From contig JAHILH010000001.1 in the NCBI GenBank assembly GCA_018897195.1, positions 476,565-540,564 of the forward strand: a DNA stretch of 64,000 bases. The letters run 5' to 3'. Numbering within the stretch: the stretch's first letter is position 1; every line of letters begins with the position of its first letter. A program made the position numbers and the translations under genes. The notes beneath the pieces were generated by a model. The model was not told where the DNA came from. It saw only the letters and a program-made list of their open reading frames with translations, and ran no database searches. Positions 1-8,686 of this stretch are shown piece after piece. The stretch is from Patescibacteria group bacterium (GTDB lineage Bacteria > Patescibacteriota > Patescibacteriia > Patescibacteriales > UBA12075).

Positions 1-1038
1 GCGGGCAATAATGTAGGCAATCGGCGCGGCTAAAAGCAGGTTCAAGATAGTCACGAGAAAAGCGACAGCGAAAGTTATTACCAAACTATTCAAGAAAACA
101 CTATTAAAGAAGGGCTCGAAGTTTAAAAAATTATACAAAGCAATAAATATCGTTGGTAAAAAGATTATCAAAGCAAAAAAGATTAAAGTCACGGTATTAA
201 TCACCGGCTTCAGCCCGATAATTTTCTTTTCAAAGTTCGGATAAACTTTTCGCAAATTCAAACTGTTTTTACCCAAAAATAATTTACCGACAAATAAAAT
301 AATCACCGATGATATAATCAAAATAATACTCGCCCCCGCCGCCTGCGGAATTGAGCCGGCATTTTTTAAACTCACCACCAAAACTGGTGCGGTCATAAAA
401 GTCCCCGCCACCATCATCGTAGCGCCAGTCTCGGAAATACTGCGGGTAAACGACAAAACCGAGCCCACGATAATTCCATCCTTAAACAAAGGCAAAGAGA
501 CAGTGCGAAAAATCGTGAACGGATGAGCGCTCAAGGTCAGAGCTGCTTCTTCCAAGTTCGGGTCAAGCTGTTGAATGGCCGCCGTTATCGAGCGAATCAT
601 ATATGGCAGAGTAAAGACAACATGAAGTAAAATAATCAAAAGTGGACCCTTGGATATCAAACCACCCTCAATCCCAAATAAGCGCGCCAGACCATTGGCA
701 GAGCCCCAATAAAGAAAGACTGAAAAACCCAAGGCCGCTGTTGGCACCACTAAGGATAGATCGATAAGATTGTCCAAAACCTTCGCCCACCAAGATTTAC
801 TACGCGACATCCACCAAGCTAGCGGTAAACCAAAGATGAGATTTACCAAAGTCACAATCAAGCCGATTTCAAACGACAAGGTTACCGCCTTGATAATATC
901 CGGACCAAAGGCGCCGTCGCCAAAAGAAAAATGACCAAGAATAAAGACAGCCGGCAAGAAAATTATTGCTAAAAAAATAACTATCGCCGACCCAAAGCCG
1001 AGATTACCGATTTTGAAAATTGTTTTTTTATTGTTCAT
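1..1038 (-). CDS. ABC transporter permease (binding-protein-dependent type; C-terminal part lies outside the window)
   Basis: Not in the ORF track because it runs off the window. Manual translation from the ATG (plus 1036-1038) gives MNNKKTIFKIGNLGFGSAIVIFLAIIFLPAVF... The protein is multi-TM. It has an EAA-loop-like segment, LEEAALTLSAHPFTIFRTVSLPLFKDG, and a second TM module follows (fused FbpB/ThiP-like layout). Confidence 0.7.
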   Translation of the reverse strand, partial: MNNKKTIFKIGNLGFGSAIVIFLAIIFLPAVFILGHFSFGDGAFGPDIIKAVTLSFEIGLIVTLVNLIFGLPLAWWMSRSKSWWAKVLDNLIDLSLVVPTAALGFSVFLYWGSANGLARLFGIEGGLISKGPLLIILLHVVFTLPYMIRSITAAIQQLDPNLEEAALTLSAHPFTIFRTVSLPLFKDGIIVGSVLSFTRSISETGATMMVAGTFMTAPVLVVSLKNAGSIPQAAGASIILIISSVIILFVGKLFLGKNSLNLRKVYPNFEKKIIGLKPVINTVTLIFFALIIFLPTIFIALYNFLNFEPFFNSVFLNSLVITFAVAFLVTILNLLLAAPIAYIIAR

Positions 1039-1056
1039 AGATATTGTTTTAAATTT

Positions 1057-1093
1057 CCCCCTCACCCCGACCCTCTCCCGCGGGGCGAGGGAG
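1057..1093 (+). repeat. Family-A GC-rich REP-like palindromic repeat, forward copy
   Basis: Sequence ccccctcaccccgaccctctcccgcggggcgagggag. The same unit recurs at 3604, 25219, 36571, 62426 and 63304, and in reverse at 62868. Its core is an imperfect hairpin, CCCTCTCCC-gcg-GGGCGAGGG. Confidence 0.9.
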
Positions 1094-1100
1094 TTTATAT

Positions 1101-1134
1101 TCCCTCTCCTTGCCAGGAGAGGGTTAGGGTGAGG
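1101..1134 (-). repeat. Family-A repeat, subfamily A2, inverted copy
   Basis: Sequence tccctctccttgccaggagagggttagggtgagg. It has a perfect 8-bp hairpin (CCCTCTCC/GGAGAGGG) followed by GGTNRGGGTGAGG. It sits 7 nt from the forward copy, facing it. Confidence 0.8.
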
Positions 1135-1146
1135 TAGTTTTTCTAA

Positions 1147-3300
1147 CTAGGCCCGAATCAATACTCGTGCCAGACGCAATTCATCATAATCATATTTCCC
1201 ATCCAAGTATTCAAATACCGGCTTCAATTTATCATCACCGATTTTCTTGAAGGCTTTTTTCATCGCCTCAAAGCGATCGCTGGGTAATTTTAAATAATTC
1301 AAATCCATTATCTCACCAGCATCAATCATTTTTTCAATATGATTCACAATCGTCGCGGGTTGGACTTTTTGGTTCTTGGCAATCTTGTCAACGGGAATTT
1401 TCTTGGCCAAAAGTTCTTTGGTCTTCAAATAAAAAGTCGGTCGTCTTTCCTTGATTTCAATATCGTCACTGCTTTTTTTCACTTTTTTCTGATCAATCTC
1501 AATTGATTGAATATTATGCGTGCGCGCAAAGATAGCAATTTCTTTCAAAAAGATGTCAGCATATTCTTCGAGCTTCTTGGCACCAACACCAGAGATTTTC
1601 GCAAAGGCTTCTTTGTCAGCGGGAAAATAATAAGCCATTTCACGCAAAGAAGTGTCGCCAAAGATGACGAAGGGCGGCACATTGGCCTTCTCTGCCAACT
1701 CGCGCCGAATACCACGTAATAATTCAAATAAGTCTTCATTGTATTTGAGCTCGCCTTTTTTCTTAGTCGCTTTTTTATCGAGAACATCAACTAATGGTTT
1801 CACTATTTCCAGCACTTCATCGCTTGGCAAAAATTGCCCCGCTTTTTTGGTAATGCTCAGTGTCGGATATTTCCCCTCCGTCTTAATCAAATAACCTAGA
1901 TTGACTAATTGATTAATAATCTGGCCCAACTCCCCTTCGGAAAAATCATCAACAATGCCAAAGACAGACAATTGTTCATGCTTATTCGCTCTAATCTTTT
2001 GACTCTTCTTACCCATGAGCACATCAATAACATAATTCTTACCAAAACGACTTTCCGTTCTGACCACGGCTGATAATATCTTCTTGGCAATCACAGTCGC
2101 ATCAAACATTTCCTTCACCGTCAAACAAACATCGCAAGCGCCACAATTATCCCCTTGCATTTCCTCACCAAAATATTTTAATAAATATTTCTTGCGACAA
2201 GTAGCCAATTCACCATAACTCAAAACCTCGCTTAATTTCTCCTCCGCTCGTTCGCGTAAAATATTGTCCTCAATTTGATTGATAAAAAACTGATGCTTAC
2301 GCGTATCAGCATAGGTATAAAACATGACGCAATCACTTGCCAAACCATCACGACCAGCACGACCGATTTCTTGGTAATAACCTTCGAGGGTTTTTGGATA
2401 AGTGTAATGCACTACCAAGCGCACATCGGGCTTATCAATGCCCATACCAAAAGCAATGGTCGCCACAATAATATCCACCTTGTCTTTGATAAATAATTCC
2501 TGCACCAATTTACGCTCGCTCGCACTCAGACCGGCATGATAGGCACGCGCACTTAATTTATTTAATTTCAAATTACTAGCAATGTCTTCGGTCTCTTTGC
2601 GTGAATGGCAATAAATAATCGCTGACTCTTTGGGATATTTATTTAAGAGGTTAACTAATTTCACAAAAGCCTGTTTTTTCTCAACCACAGAGACGCGCAA
2701 ATTCTCCCGATTAAAACTGGAAACAAAAAGTTGCGCCTTTTGCAGGCTTAGCTGACGCACAATATCCTCACGCACCTTCTCCGTTGCCGTCGCCGTCAAA
2801 GCAATCAAGGGCACGCCAGGAAATAGCTTGCGCAAGGCGCTGAGATTGCGATACTCCGGTCGAAAGTCATGACCCCATTCAGAAATACAATGAGCCTCGT
2901 CAATCGCAATTAAACTAATTTCTAAAGTTTTTAAAAAATCCTGAAAACCTTTCGCCCCAAAACGTTCTGGCGCTACATACAAAATCTTAATATCACCCGC
3001 CTGCGTCCGTTCACAAATCTGATCAATCTGAGCCGGCAATAAAGTCGAATTAATAAACTCGGCATTCACACCGCAAGCCTGCAAAGCATCGACCTGGTCT
3101 TTCATCAAAGCAATCAATGGCGAAACCACCAAAGTGACACCGGGGAACTTCAAAGCTGGCAATTGGTAACACAAAGACTTACCACCACCAGTCGGCATCA
3201 GCACAAAAGCGTCTTTTTTAGCTAAAACATTATTAATAATTTCCGCCTGCAAAGGCCGAAATTCGTCATAGCCGAAATATTTTTTAAGAAGTGTTTGCAT
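1147..3300 (-). CDS. recQ: ATP-dependent DNA helicase RecQ
   Basis: 717 aa. Motifs present: FGYDEFRPLQAEII, Walker A MPTGGGKSLCYQLPA, DEAH box IDEAHCISEWGHDFRPEY, Zn-binding cysteines CGACDVC. HRDC-like and extra C-terminal helical regions follow. Confidence 0.93.
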   Translation of the reverse strand: MQTLLKKYFGYDEFRPLQAEIINNVLAKKDAFVLMPTGGGKSLCYQLPALKFPGVTLVVSPLIALMKDQVDALQACGVNAEFINSTLLPAQIDQICERTQAGDIKILYVAPERFGAKGFQDFLKTLEISLIAIDEAHCISEWGHDFRPEYRNLSALRKLFPGVPLIALTATATEKVREDIVRQLSLQKAQLFVSSFNRENLRVSVVEKKQAFVKLVNLLNKYPKESAIIYCHSRKETEDIASNLKLNKLSARAYHAGLSASERKLVQELFIKDKVDIIVATIAFGMGIDKPDVRLVVHYTYPKTLEGYYQEIGRAGRDGLASDCVMFYTYADTRKHQFFINQIEDNILRERAEEKLSEVLSYGELATCRKKYLLKYFGEEMQGDNCGACDVCLTVKEMFDATVIAKKILSAVVRTESRFGKNYVIDVLMGKKSQKIRANKHEQLSVFGIVDDFSEGELGQIINQLVNLGYLIKTEGKYPTLSITKKAGQFLPSDEVLEIVKPLVDVLDKKATKKKGELKYNEDLFELLRGIRRELAEKANVPPFVIFGDTSLREMAYYFPADKEAFAKISGVGAKKLEEYADIFLKEIAIFARTHNIQSIEIDQKKVKKSSDDIEIKERRPTFYLKTKELLAKKIPVDKIAKNQKVQPATIVNHIEKMIDAGEIMDLNYLKLPSDRFEAMKKAFKKIGDDKLKPVFEYLDGKYDYDELRLARVLIRA

Positions 3301-3345
3301 AGGGTTATTTTAACATTAATTAGTAAAAAGTAAAAGAATATATAT

Positions 3346-3468
3346 TGTCATTCTGGAGCGAAGCGATAGAATCTTCGACTACGTAAAAAACGAGTGTTAA
3401 TATTCGAATTTTAAATCTTAAACATCGGAAGATTCTATCGGTCGTCCCGACTCCCTCCAGAATGACAA
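3346..3468. repeat. Family-B MITE-like element with terminal inverted repeats
   Basis: The ends TTGTCATTCTGGAG...CTCCAGAATGACAA form terminal inverted repeats. The left arm, gtcattctggagcgaagcgatagaatcttcgactacgtaaaaaacg, recurs in inverted orientation with few mismatches at 56800-56845. Confidence 0.75.
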
Positions 3469-3525
3469 TCGATTAAATTTTATAATATCAGATGACTATT
3501 CACCTACACAAAAGACGGGTATTAA

Positions 3526-3560
3526 CTCCCTCTCCTTTGTAGGAGAGGGTCGGGGTGAGG
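3526..3560 (-). repeat. Family-A repeat, subfamily A2, inverted copy
   Basis: Sequence ctccctctcctttgtaggagagggtcggggtgagg. It has a perfect hairpin, CCCTCTCC-tttgta-GGAGAGGG. Confidence 0.85.
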
Positions 3561-3603
3561 TAGAGCGTGCGAAGAATATTATATAGGAAGTATTTTAACA
3601 ATG

Positions 3604-3641
3604 CTCCCTCACCCCGACCCTCTCCCGGCGGGGCGAGGGAG
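3604..3641 (+). repeat. Family-A repeat, forward copy
   Basis: Sequence ctccctcaccccgaccctctcccggcggggcgagggag. It lies 43 nt from the inverted copy at 3526-3560. Confidence 0.9.
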
Positions 3642-3686
3642 AATACGATGACACACTTCCTGCTATATAAATTCAAAGTCATATTT

Positions 3687-4991
3687 TCACCAAGCCTCCC
3701 CCAACATCGGAATCGCCAAGCGTTTTCGGATTGTTTCACCTTTGAACAAAACACTTTTCCGATCCGCCTTCGCTTCGCGTCCGCCTTGGTGCTGGCGGAA
3801 ATTCATTGCCTGCCAGCTGGTCCCGAGAAATAGCGTATGCTTGCCATAACGCGCCGCCATGTCGTCGACGCTGCCGAAAATTTTGAAATATTTATCTGAC
3901 TTAAGCACTTCACCAAAGATATCTAATTGGCTCGGTTTGTGTTCCGCCAAGTCAGTCAGCACTATGCCAGACGCGCGATATAATTGGCGCTGATTGAAGA
4001 CCTCGTCAAAACGATTGGCAATCAAACTAATCACGTCATTGGGCGAGGCCGTTTGGCGATTCATTTTTATTTCCAAACCGGCATATTGAAAGTCCTGGGT
4101 TTTTAAATAAAAAAAGAATTTCTTGGTAGCCAACTTATAACGACGAGCTTTAATAAAAGCATTTTCAACATTCTTGGAAAGTTGCGACAGAATAAATGCT
4201 TTGTCGCTTGATGGTGGCGTAAAAGTTTTGGTCTTGCTAATTGATTGATAAAGAGATTTTTTCGCCGTGTCGACATCGTTGACCACTTCCCCGTTTAATT
4301 CTTTCCAAATCTCTAAATACGGTTTGGATAAACGACTCTTGACCCAGTCAAAATCTTTTTGCGCAAAATCCAAGGCACTGCGTATGCCCAATTTATTTAA
4401 ATACGCCGTTGTTTGCTGACCAATGCCCCAAACTTTATCGACGCTTAATTTTTCTAAAAAATAATGAAGATTGTGACCAGGCATAATTGTCAGGCCTGAT
4501 GGCTTTTTCCACTTGGAACCAATCTTGGCCAAGACCTTGGTCGGTGCCAAACCAATGGAGAAGGTCATGCCCAATTCAGCATCCAAGTCACGTTTGATAC
4601 TATCAGCAATCTTTTCGTAGGACATATTCAAGGGTCGTTGCAGGCCCGTCAAATCAGCAAAGCATTCATCAATGCTATATTCCTCCACATCGGAAGTATA
4701 GCGTCGAACAATCTCATACATCCGCACCGAAAAAAGACTATAAGTCTCATAATCGGACGGCAGGAAAATCGCATCCGGACAGATTTTCTTCATCTCCCAA
4801 AGGCTCATCGCCCGCTTCACGCCCCTCGCCTTGGCCTCATAGGTCAAAGATGACACAATCCCCCTCTCACTGCCGGTAACAACCGGCTTACCCCTCAAGG
4901 CTGGGTTTTTGGCCACTTCACAAGAGGCAAAAAAACAATCACCGTCGATGTGGAGGATGGCTTTGGGGAAATCAAACAATTTTAATGGCAT
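3687..4991 (-). CDS. dinB: Y-family DNA polymerase (DinB/UmuC-like, translesion synthesis)
   Basis: Start moved to the ATG at plus 4989-4991, which follows an AAGGAG Shine-Dalgarno. The N-terminus is MPLKLFDFPKAILHIDGDCFFASCE. Palm motif SIDECFADLTG is present. The gene lies downstream of lexA on the same strand. Confidence 0.85.
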   Translation of the reverse strand: MPLKLFDFPKAILHIDGDCFFASCEVAKNPALRGKPVVTGSERGIVSSLTYEAKARGVKRAMSLWEMKKICPDAIFLPSDYETYSLFSVRMYEIVRRYTSDVEEYSIDECFADLTGLQRPLNMSYEKIADSIKRDLDAELGMTFSIGLAPTKVLAKIGSKWKKPSGLTIMPGHNLHYFLEKLSVDKVWGIGQQTTAYLNKLGIRSALDFAQKDFDWVKSRLSKPYLEIWKELNGEVVNDVDTAKKSLYQSISKTKTFTPPSSDKAFILSQLSKNVENAFIKARRYKLATKKFFFYLKTQDFQYAGLEIKMNRQTASPNDVISLIANRFDEVFNQRQLYRASGIVLTDLAEHKPSQLDIFGEVLKSDKYFKIFGSVDDMAARYGKHTLFLGTSWQAMNFRQHQGGREAKADRKSVLFKGETIRKRLAIPMLGEAW

Positions 4992-5035
4992 ATGTCTCCT
5001 TTTAAAGCAGTATATATAAATATTTATGTTTAATT

Positions 5036-5192
5036 TTCTAATTTTCAATTTTCAATTTTCGAAACAATTTTCAATGACACAATTTATTAATTTTCAAACA
5101 CGATAATCATTCTATTTATTGTTTGAAAATTGTTTCATTGAAAATTTAATCATTGTTTTGAAAATTGAAAATTGAAAATTCGAAAATTAATC
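5036..5192. repeat. Long imperfect palindrome with GAAAATT heptad repeats between lexA and dinB
   Basis: The left arm (aattttcaattttcaattttcgaaacaattttcaatgaca) and right arm (tgtttcattgaaaatt...ttgaaaattgaaaattgaaaattcgaaaatt) are near reverse complements. An inner 10-bp inverted repeat, TTTTCAAACA/TGTTTGAAAA, is at 5091-5100 and 5120-5129. Confidence 0.7.
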
Positions 5193-5751
5193 AATACTTC
5201 CGCACCACCGCCTTGACCACTGCCGAGATCTTTAATTCTTCTTTGGGATAAATCGGTTGAAAATCTTTATTTGCTGGTTCAAGGAAAATCACATTGCCTT
5301 TTTTCCGAAAATATTTAATCGTCCATTCGCCATCAACTTCGGCAATGACAATATCCCCGCTCCGTGGCGTGATATTTCGCTCGACAATCACCATGTCCCC
5401 CTCAACGATCCCCGCATCCTTCATCGAATCGCCGCGCACCTTGAGAATATAGGTCGCCTCACGATTGCCCACCAGATACTCATCGAAAGTAATCGTGTCC
5501 GCCAACTCCTCCTCGGCCGGCGACGGAAAGCCCGCCTCCACATAACCCAAAGTTCTAATCGCGCCATAAAGACTTCCTGGGCTCAAGCGCCCTTTACTAT
5601 CTTTACTCAAAAAACCCTCATCCACTAAGCGATTAACCAACTTAAAAACCGCGTTCTTGGACTTATAACCCAACAACGTCATGATCTCGCTATACACCGG
5701 CATCCGCCTATTTGTCTTATAAAATTTTTCAATTTTGTTTTTCACATCCAT
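5191..5751 (-). CDS. lexA: LexA repressor (wHTH plus S24 peptidase)
   Basis: Start set at the ATG at plus 5749-5751 (MDVKNKIEKFY...). An Ala-Gly cleavage-site context is present (YVEAGFPSPA), along with catalytic Ser (RGDSM) and Lys (IKYFRKKG) contexts. Confidence 0.9.
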   Translation of the reverse strand: MDVKNKIEKFYKTNRRMPVYSEIMTLLGYKSKNAVFKLVNRLVDEGFLSKDSKGRLSPGSLYGAIRTLGYVEAGFPSPAEEELADTITFDEYLVGNREATYILKVRGDSMKDAGIVEGDMVIVERNITPRSGDIVIAEVDGEWTIKYFRKKGNVIFLEPANKDFQPIYPKEELKISAVVKAVVRKY

Positions 5752-5762
5752 GTCTATATAAT

Positions 5763-5782
5763 AGGTGAACAGTCGTTCACCT
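5763..5782. promoter_or_regulatory. SOS (LexA) operator, GAAC-N4-GTTC type
   Basis: Perfect palindrome AGGTGAAC-agtc-GTTCACCT. On the minus strand it lies between TTGACA (plus 5782-5787) and TATTAT (plus 5758-5763), immediately upstream of the lexA ATG. Confidence 0.75.
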
Positions 5783-5921
5783 GTCAAGTGGATAAGTATT
5801 ATTATTATTTGATTGACAAAATCCAAATATCTGCTAATATTTAAAAATCAAAAAAGAAACAGCTCTTTCAAATTATACATATTTAGGCGAACTAGCTTGA
5901 GGAATTAAGCTGGTTCAAATA

Positions 5922-6575
5922 ATGAATCAAAAGGGAGATGTGGAGATGAATACAACCACGGCTTTACCAAAAGAAAAGACAACGGGGGCAAAAGATTTGA
6001 TTGGCAAATTTTTAAGCAGCCTCCCCTTTTTTGGCATGCATAAAGATCGACCCAGGATAAATCTATCATCTGATGGATTGCGAGTGCCGATAAAGGCGGC
6101 AGCGCCGATAAAAAGGACGGCGGCAACTGACCGTGTAATAGCCCCTGGAGTGCCCCTTCTTTCTAAAGGTGCCGAGGGAAATATACAATATTACATCATA
6201 GTTGAAGGGAAAACATTCAACGTTGACCCATGTTGCCATCTTAAAGACATCACCGAGGTTGATGAAAATTGGGAAAAAACAATTGCTATATCAAAAGGTA
6301 TAACTGTCTATAGTGACCAAAGTAAAGCATTGGTTTCATACGCCAGAGCTTTTTACATCAACAACAAACAGATGCCAGCGCTGCAAAGAATCTGCCATGA
6401 AAACGGCCGAGAAATCGAAGGGGAAAACGGCAGAGAAACAATGGACATCCCAAGGAGTGAAATCTACAAACTCTTCACTGAGCAACCGACACGCGTCATG
6501 GCCGCAATAGCCGGCTTACCCCACGATTATCTAAGCGAACCCCTGCAAAAGGCGCCGGGATTTCCAATTTGGTAA
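5922..6575 (+). CDS. hypothetical protein (divergent from lexA)
   Basis: 217-aa ORF with no motif I recognise. An alternative in-frame start at 5946 follows AAGGGAG. A rho-independent terminator lies downstream. Confidence 0.55.
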   Translation: MNQKGDVEMNTTTALPKEKTTGAKDLIGKFLSSLPFFGMHKDRPRINLSSDGLRVPIKAAAPIKRTAATDRVIAPGVPLLSKGAEGNIQYYIIVEGKTFNVDPCCHLKDITEVDENWEKTIAISKGITVYSDQSKALVSYARAFYINNKQMPALQRICHENGREIEGENGRETMDIPRSEIYKLFTEQPTRVMAAIAGLPHDYLSEPLQKAPGFPIW

Positions 6576-6597
6576 AACCAACAATCACCATCACCCA

Positions 6598-6624
6598 GGA
6601 CGCCCCCAAGCGTCCTTTTTTTTA
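6598..6624 (+). terminator. rho-independent terminator
   Basis: Hairpin AGGACGC-ccccaa-GCGTCCT followed by TTTTTTTT. Confidence 0.8.
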
Positions 6625-6696
6625 TCCAAAAAATAACACTTTACAAAATCAAATAAATCTGCCAATATATAACAAACATAAAAAAAGGAGGAATCG

Positions 6697-7311
6697 ATGA
6701 AAAAAATAAAAATGATTGTGTTTGATTTGTACGGCACGCTGATTTTCACAAAAAGGAAAACTAGTCCGTATAAAATGTTCTTGGAAGCAATTTCCGCCCG
6801 CAATCATAAAGAGCTTGTAAACATAATCCTTTGTAGCGATTTTTTCAAAACGCCCGAAGGAGAGATTGAGCTCTTTAATCTTGGCAATTCTGTGGATGTT
6901 GAAAAATTTACAACTGATTTGCGCACCGAATTAGAGTCAACCGAGCCATACCCGGAATCAATCGAGCTGCTCAAAGAATTACGTAGCCTTGGCTATATGA
7001 CTGGCGTGATTTCCAATCTAGCCACACCTTACAAAAAACCATTTTTCCAATTAGGCCTTGATAAGCTCATTGATCACAGTGTCTTTTCCTGCGAAGTTGG
7101 TCACATTAAACCGCACAAGAATATCTACACAGTAATGAGCAAAAACTCCGGCATCGCCCTTGAAGAAATGCTCATGATTGGCGACAGCCTAAGATGTGAC
7201 GTGGCTGGCCCAAAAGCAGTCGGCATAAACGCCATTTTGTTGGACAGAGCCGGTTCATCCAAAGAAACAAACAAAATAAAAACGTTAGACGAAATTCTAA
7301 CCATCCTCTAA
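6697..7311 (+). CDS. HAD-superfamily hydrolase (haloacid dehalogenase-like, DxYGT type)
   Basis: AGGAGG Shine-Dalgarno upstream. Motif I is MIVFDLYGTLI; GVISN and GDSLRCDVAGPKAVGINAILLDR are also present. Confidence 0.85.
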   Translation: MKKIKMIVFDLYGTLIFTKRKTSPYKMFLEAISARNHKELVNIILCSDFFKTPEGEIELFNLGNSVDVEKFTTDLRTELESTEPYPESIELLKELRSLGYMTGVISNLATPYKKPFFQLGLDKLIDHSVFSCEVGHIKPHKNIYTVMSKNSGIALEEMLMIGDSLRCDVAGPKAVGINAILLDRAGSSKETNKIKTLDEILTIL

Positions 7312-7312
7312 C

Positions 7313-7342
7313 CCCCTCAGAATAAAAACTGAGGGGTTTTTT
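7313..7342 (+). terminator. rho-independent terminator
   Basis: Hairpin CCCCTCAG-aataaaaa-CTGAGGGG followed by TTTTTT. Confidence 0.8.
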
Positions 7343-7385
7343 ATACAAAAAAAATAACCACCATTGCTGATGATTATTCTTCGTG

Positions 7386-7467
7386 TGGGCCGGGAAGGAT
7401 TCGAACCTTCGAAGGCGTAGCCAGCAGATTTACAGTCTGCCCTCGTTGACCGCTAGAGTACCGACCC
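7386..7467 (-). tRNA. tRNA-Tyr (GUA)
   Basis: Manual cloverleaf: acceptor GGGTCGG/CCGGCCC, anticodon arm GCAGA-CTGTAAA-TCTGC, long variable arm, T arm GAAGG-TTCGAAT-CCTTC. No CCA is encoded. Confidence 0.9.
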
Positions 7468-7657
7468 AATATCCTTTTAAAACAAAATAATGCCCTATTC
7501 CAGGGCTTATTTTACCTATAATCAAAATAACATATTTAAAATAATAAATCAATACCAGGCATTTTGTCAAAAATATTGTTAAATATCGCTATTTTTGTAA
7601 GAAAAAATCGCCTAATGGCGATTTAATCTCAAAATTATCTTAACAAATTTTAAACCT

Positions 7658-8374
7658 TTAGTTTCCACATGAACAACTGCCATCTGAACAACAATCGTCA
7701 TCTTCGTAATCATAACCATCTTCATCCACCTCGGTAGCCATATCATAGTCGGCATCATCATAATCAGCCTCATCGTCCTCGCCCTCATCAAGCGCCTCGT
7801 CAAATTCAAAAGCGAAATGAGCTAAGTGGTGATCAGGAATATTTTTATAACGTGGAGCTGTAATCATCTTCTTTGCTTCAGCAATCCATTCTTCCTCATA
7901 GCCAATCATATCTTCTAATTGTTGCAAAGCATCTTTCTCTGTCAATAAAAAATCAGGGATATAATTGTATTGCCAAACCTCCTTCTTGTCTTTATGCTTG
8001 GCAATAATTTTATCATGCACTTTTTTCTCCAACATTAATTTATCCAATTTCATTTGAACAGCACCAGCCTCCATCATTAAGTCTTCAAGGTCAATTTTTC
8101 GTCGGCGGATTAATTCACAAAGCATAAACTCTTGATCTTCCTTTTCGCTATTTGGTTGATAATAAATAAATTCGCATTCCTCCAAGGCCATCTCCGCGTA
8201 GGCTCTTTTTTCCTCATCTTGCTCAATTTTTAAATATTGCTCAATTTTAGCAATCGCCTCTTTAGTCCCCGCGTTGGCCAATTTTTGCAATTCACCCGGC
8301 GCTAAGTCCTTAATTACTGTTCCCTTTTTAGCAGCAACTTTCTTATTGTTTACCTTAGTTTTTTTCGTAGCCAT
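7658..8374 (-). CDS. hypothetical acidic protein with Cys-rich C-terminus
   Basis: 238 aa. Lys-rich N-terminus, then a helical body, then a very acidic tail ending DDDCCSDGSCSCGN. Confidence 0.6.
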   Translation of the reverse strand: MATKKTKVNNKKVAAKKGTVIKDLAPGELQKLANAGTKEAIAKIEQYLKIEQDEEKRAYAEMALEECEFIYYQPNSEKEDQEFMLCELIRRRKIDLEDLMMEAGAVQMKLDKLMLEKKVHDKIIAKHKDKKEVWQYNYIPDFLLTEKDALQQLEDMIGYEEEWIAEAKKMITAPRYKNIPDHHLAHFAFEFDEALDEGEDDEADYDDADYDMATEVDEDGYDYEDDDCCSDGSCSCGN

Positions 8375-8400
8375 AAATTTGTATTTAATTAATAAATAAC

Positions 8401-8661
8401 TTACTTTTTTATACTAACATACTTTTTAATCATGTCAATTTTTTCCTCCCGCGATAAATTTTTAATTCTAATTTCTTCTTTTGAGGCCAAGGATCGGTTG
8501 GCAAAATTCTGCGCATAAACAAGTCTTACTGGACGTCGGCCACTCGTATATCTTGCCCCCAAGTCAGAGCTATTATGTTCACCCACTCGCCTTTCCAAAT
8601 CAGTTGTAATGCCCGTATAAAAAGTCTTATCCGCACACTTTAAAATATACACCTGCCACAT
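8401..8661 (-). CDS. GIY-YIG nuclease superfamily protein
   Basis: 86 aa. VYILKCADKTFYTGITTDLERRVGEHN matches the GIY-YIG motif pattern. Confidence 0.85.
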   Translation of the reverse strand: MWQVYILKCADKTFYTGITTDLERRVGEHNSSDLGARYTSGRRPVRLVYAQNFANRSLASKEEIRIKNLSREEKIDMIKKYVSIKK

Positions 8662-8686
8662 GAAATTTACATTAATAACAAAAATT

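Noticed and set aside
3500-3833. Track ORFs 3500..3754 (-) and 3567..3833 (+) as protein-coding genes
   Set aside because: Both are held open by the GC-rich family-A repeats. They read as APSPRPSPGGARE and SLAPPGEGRGEG, translations typical of the repeat itself. They also overlap the 3' end of the Y-family polymerase gene and have no start context.
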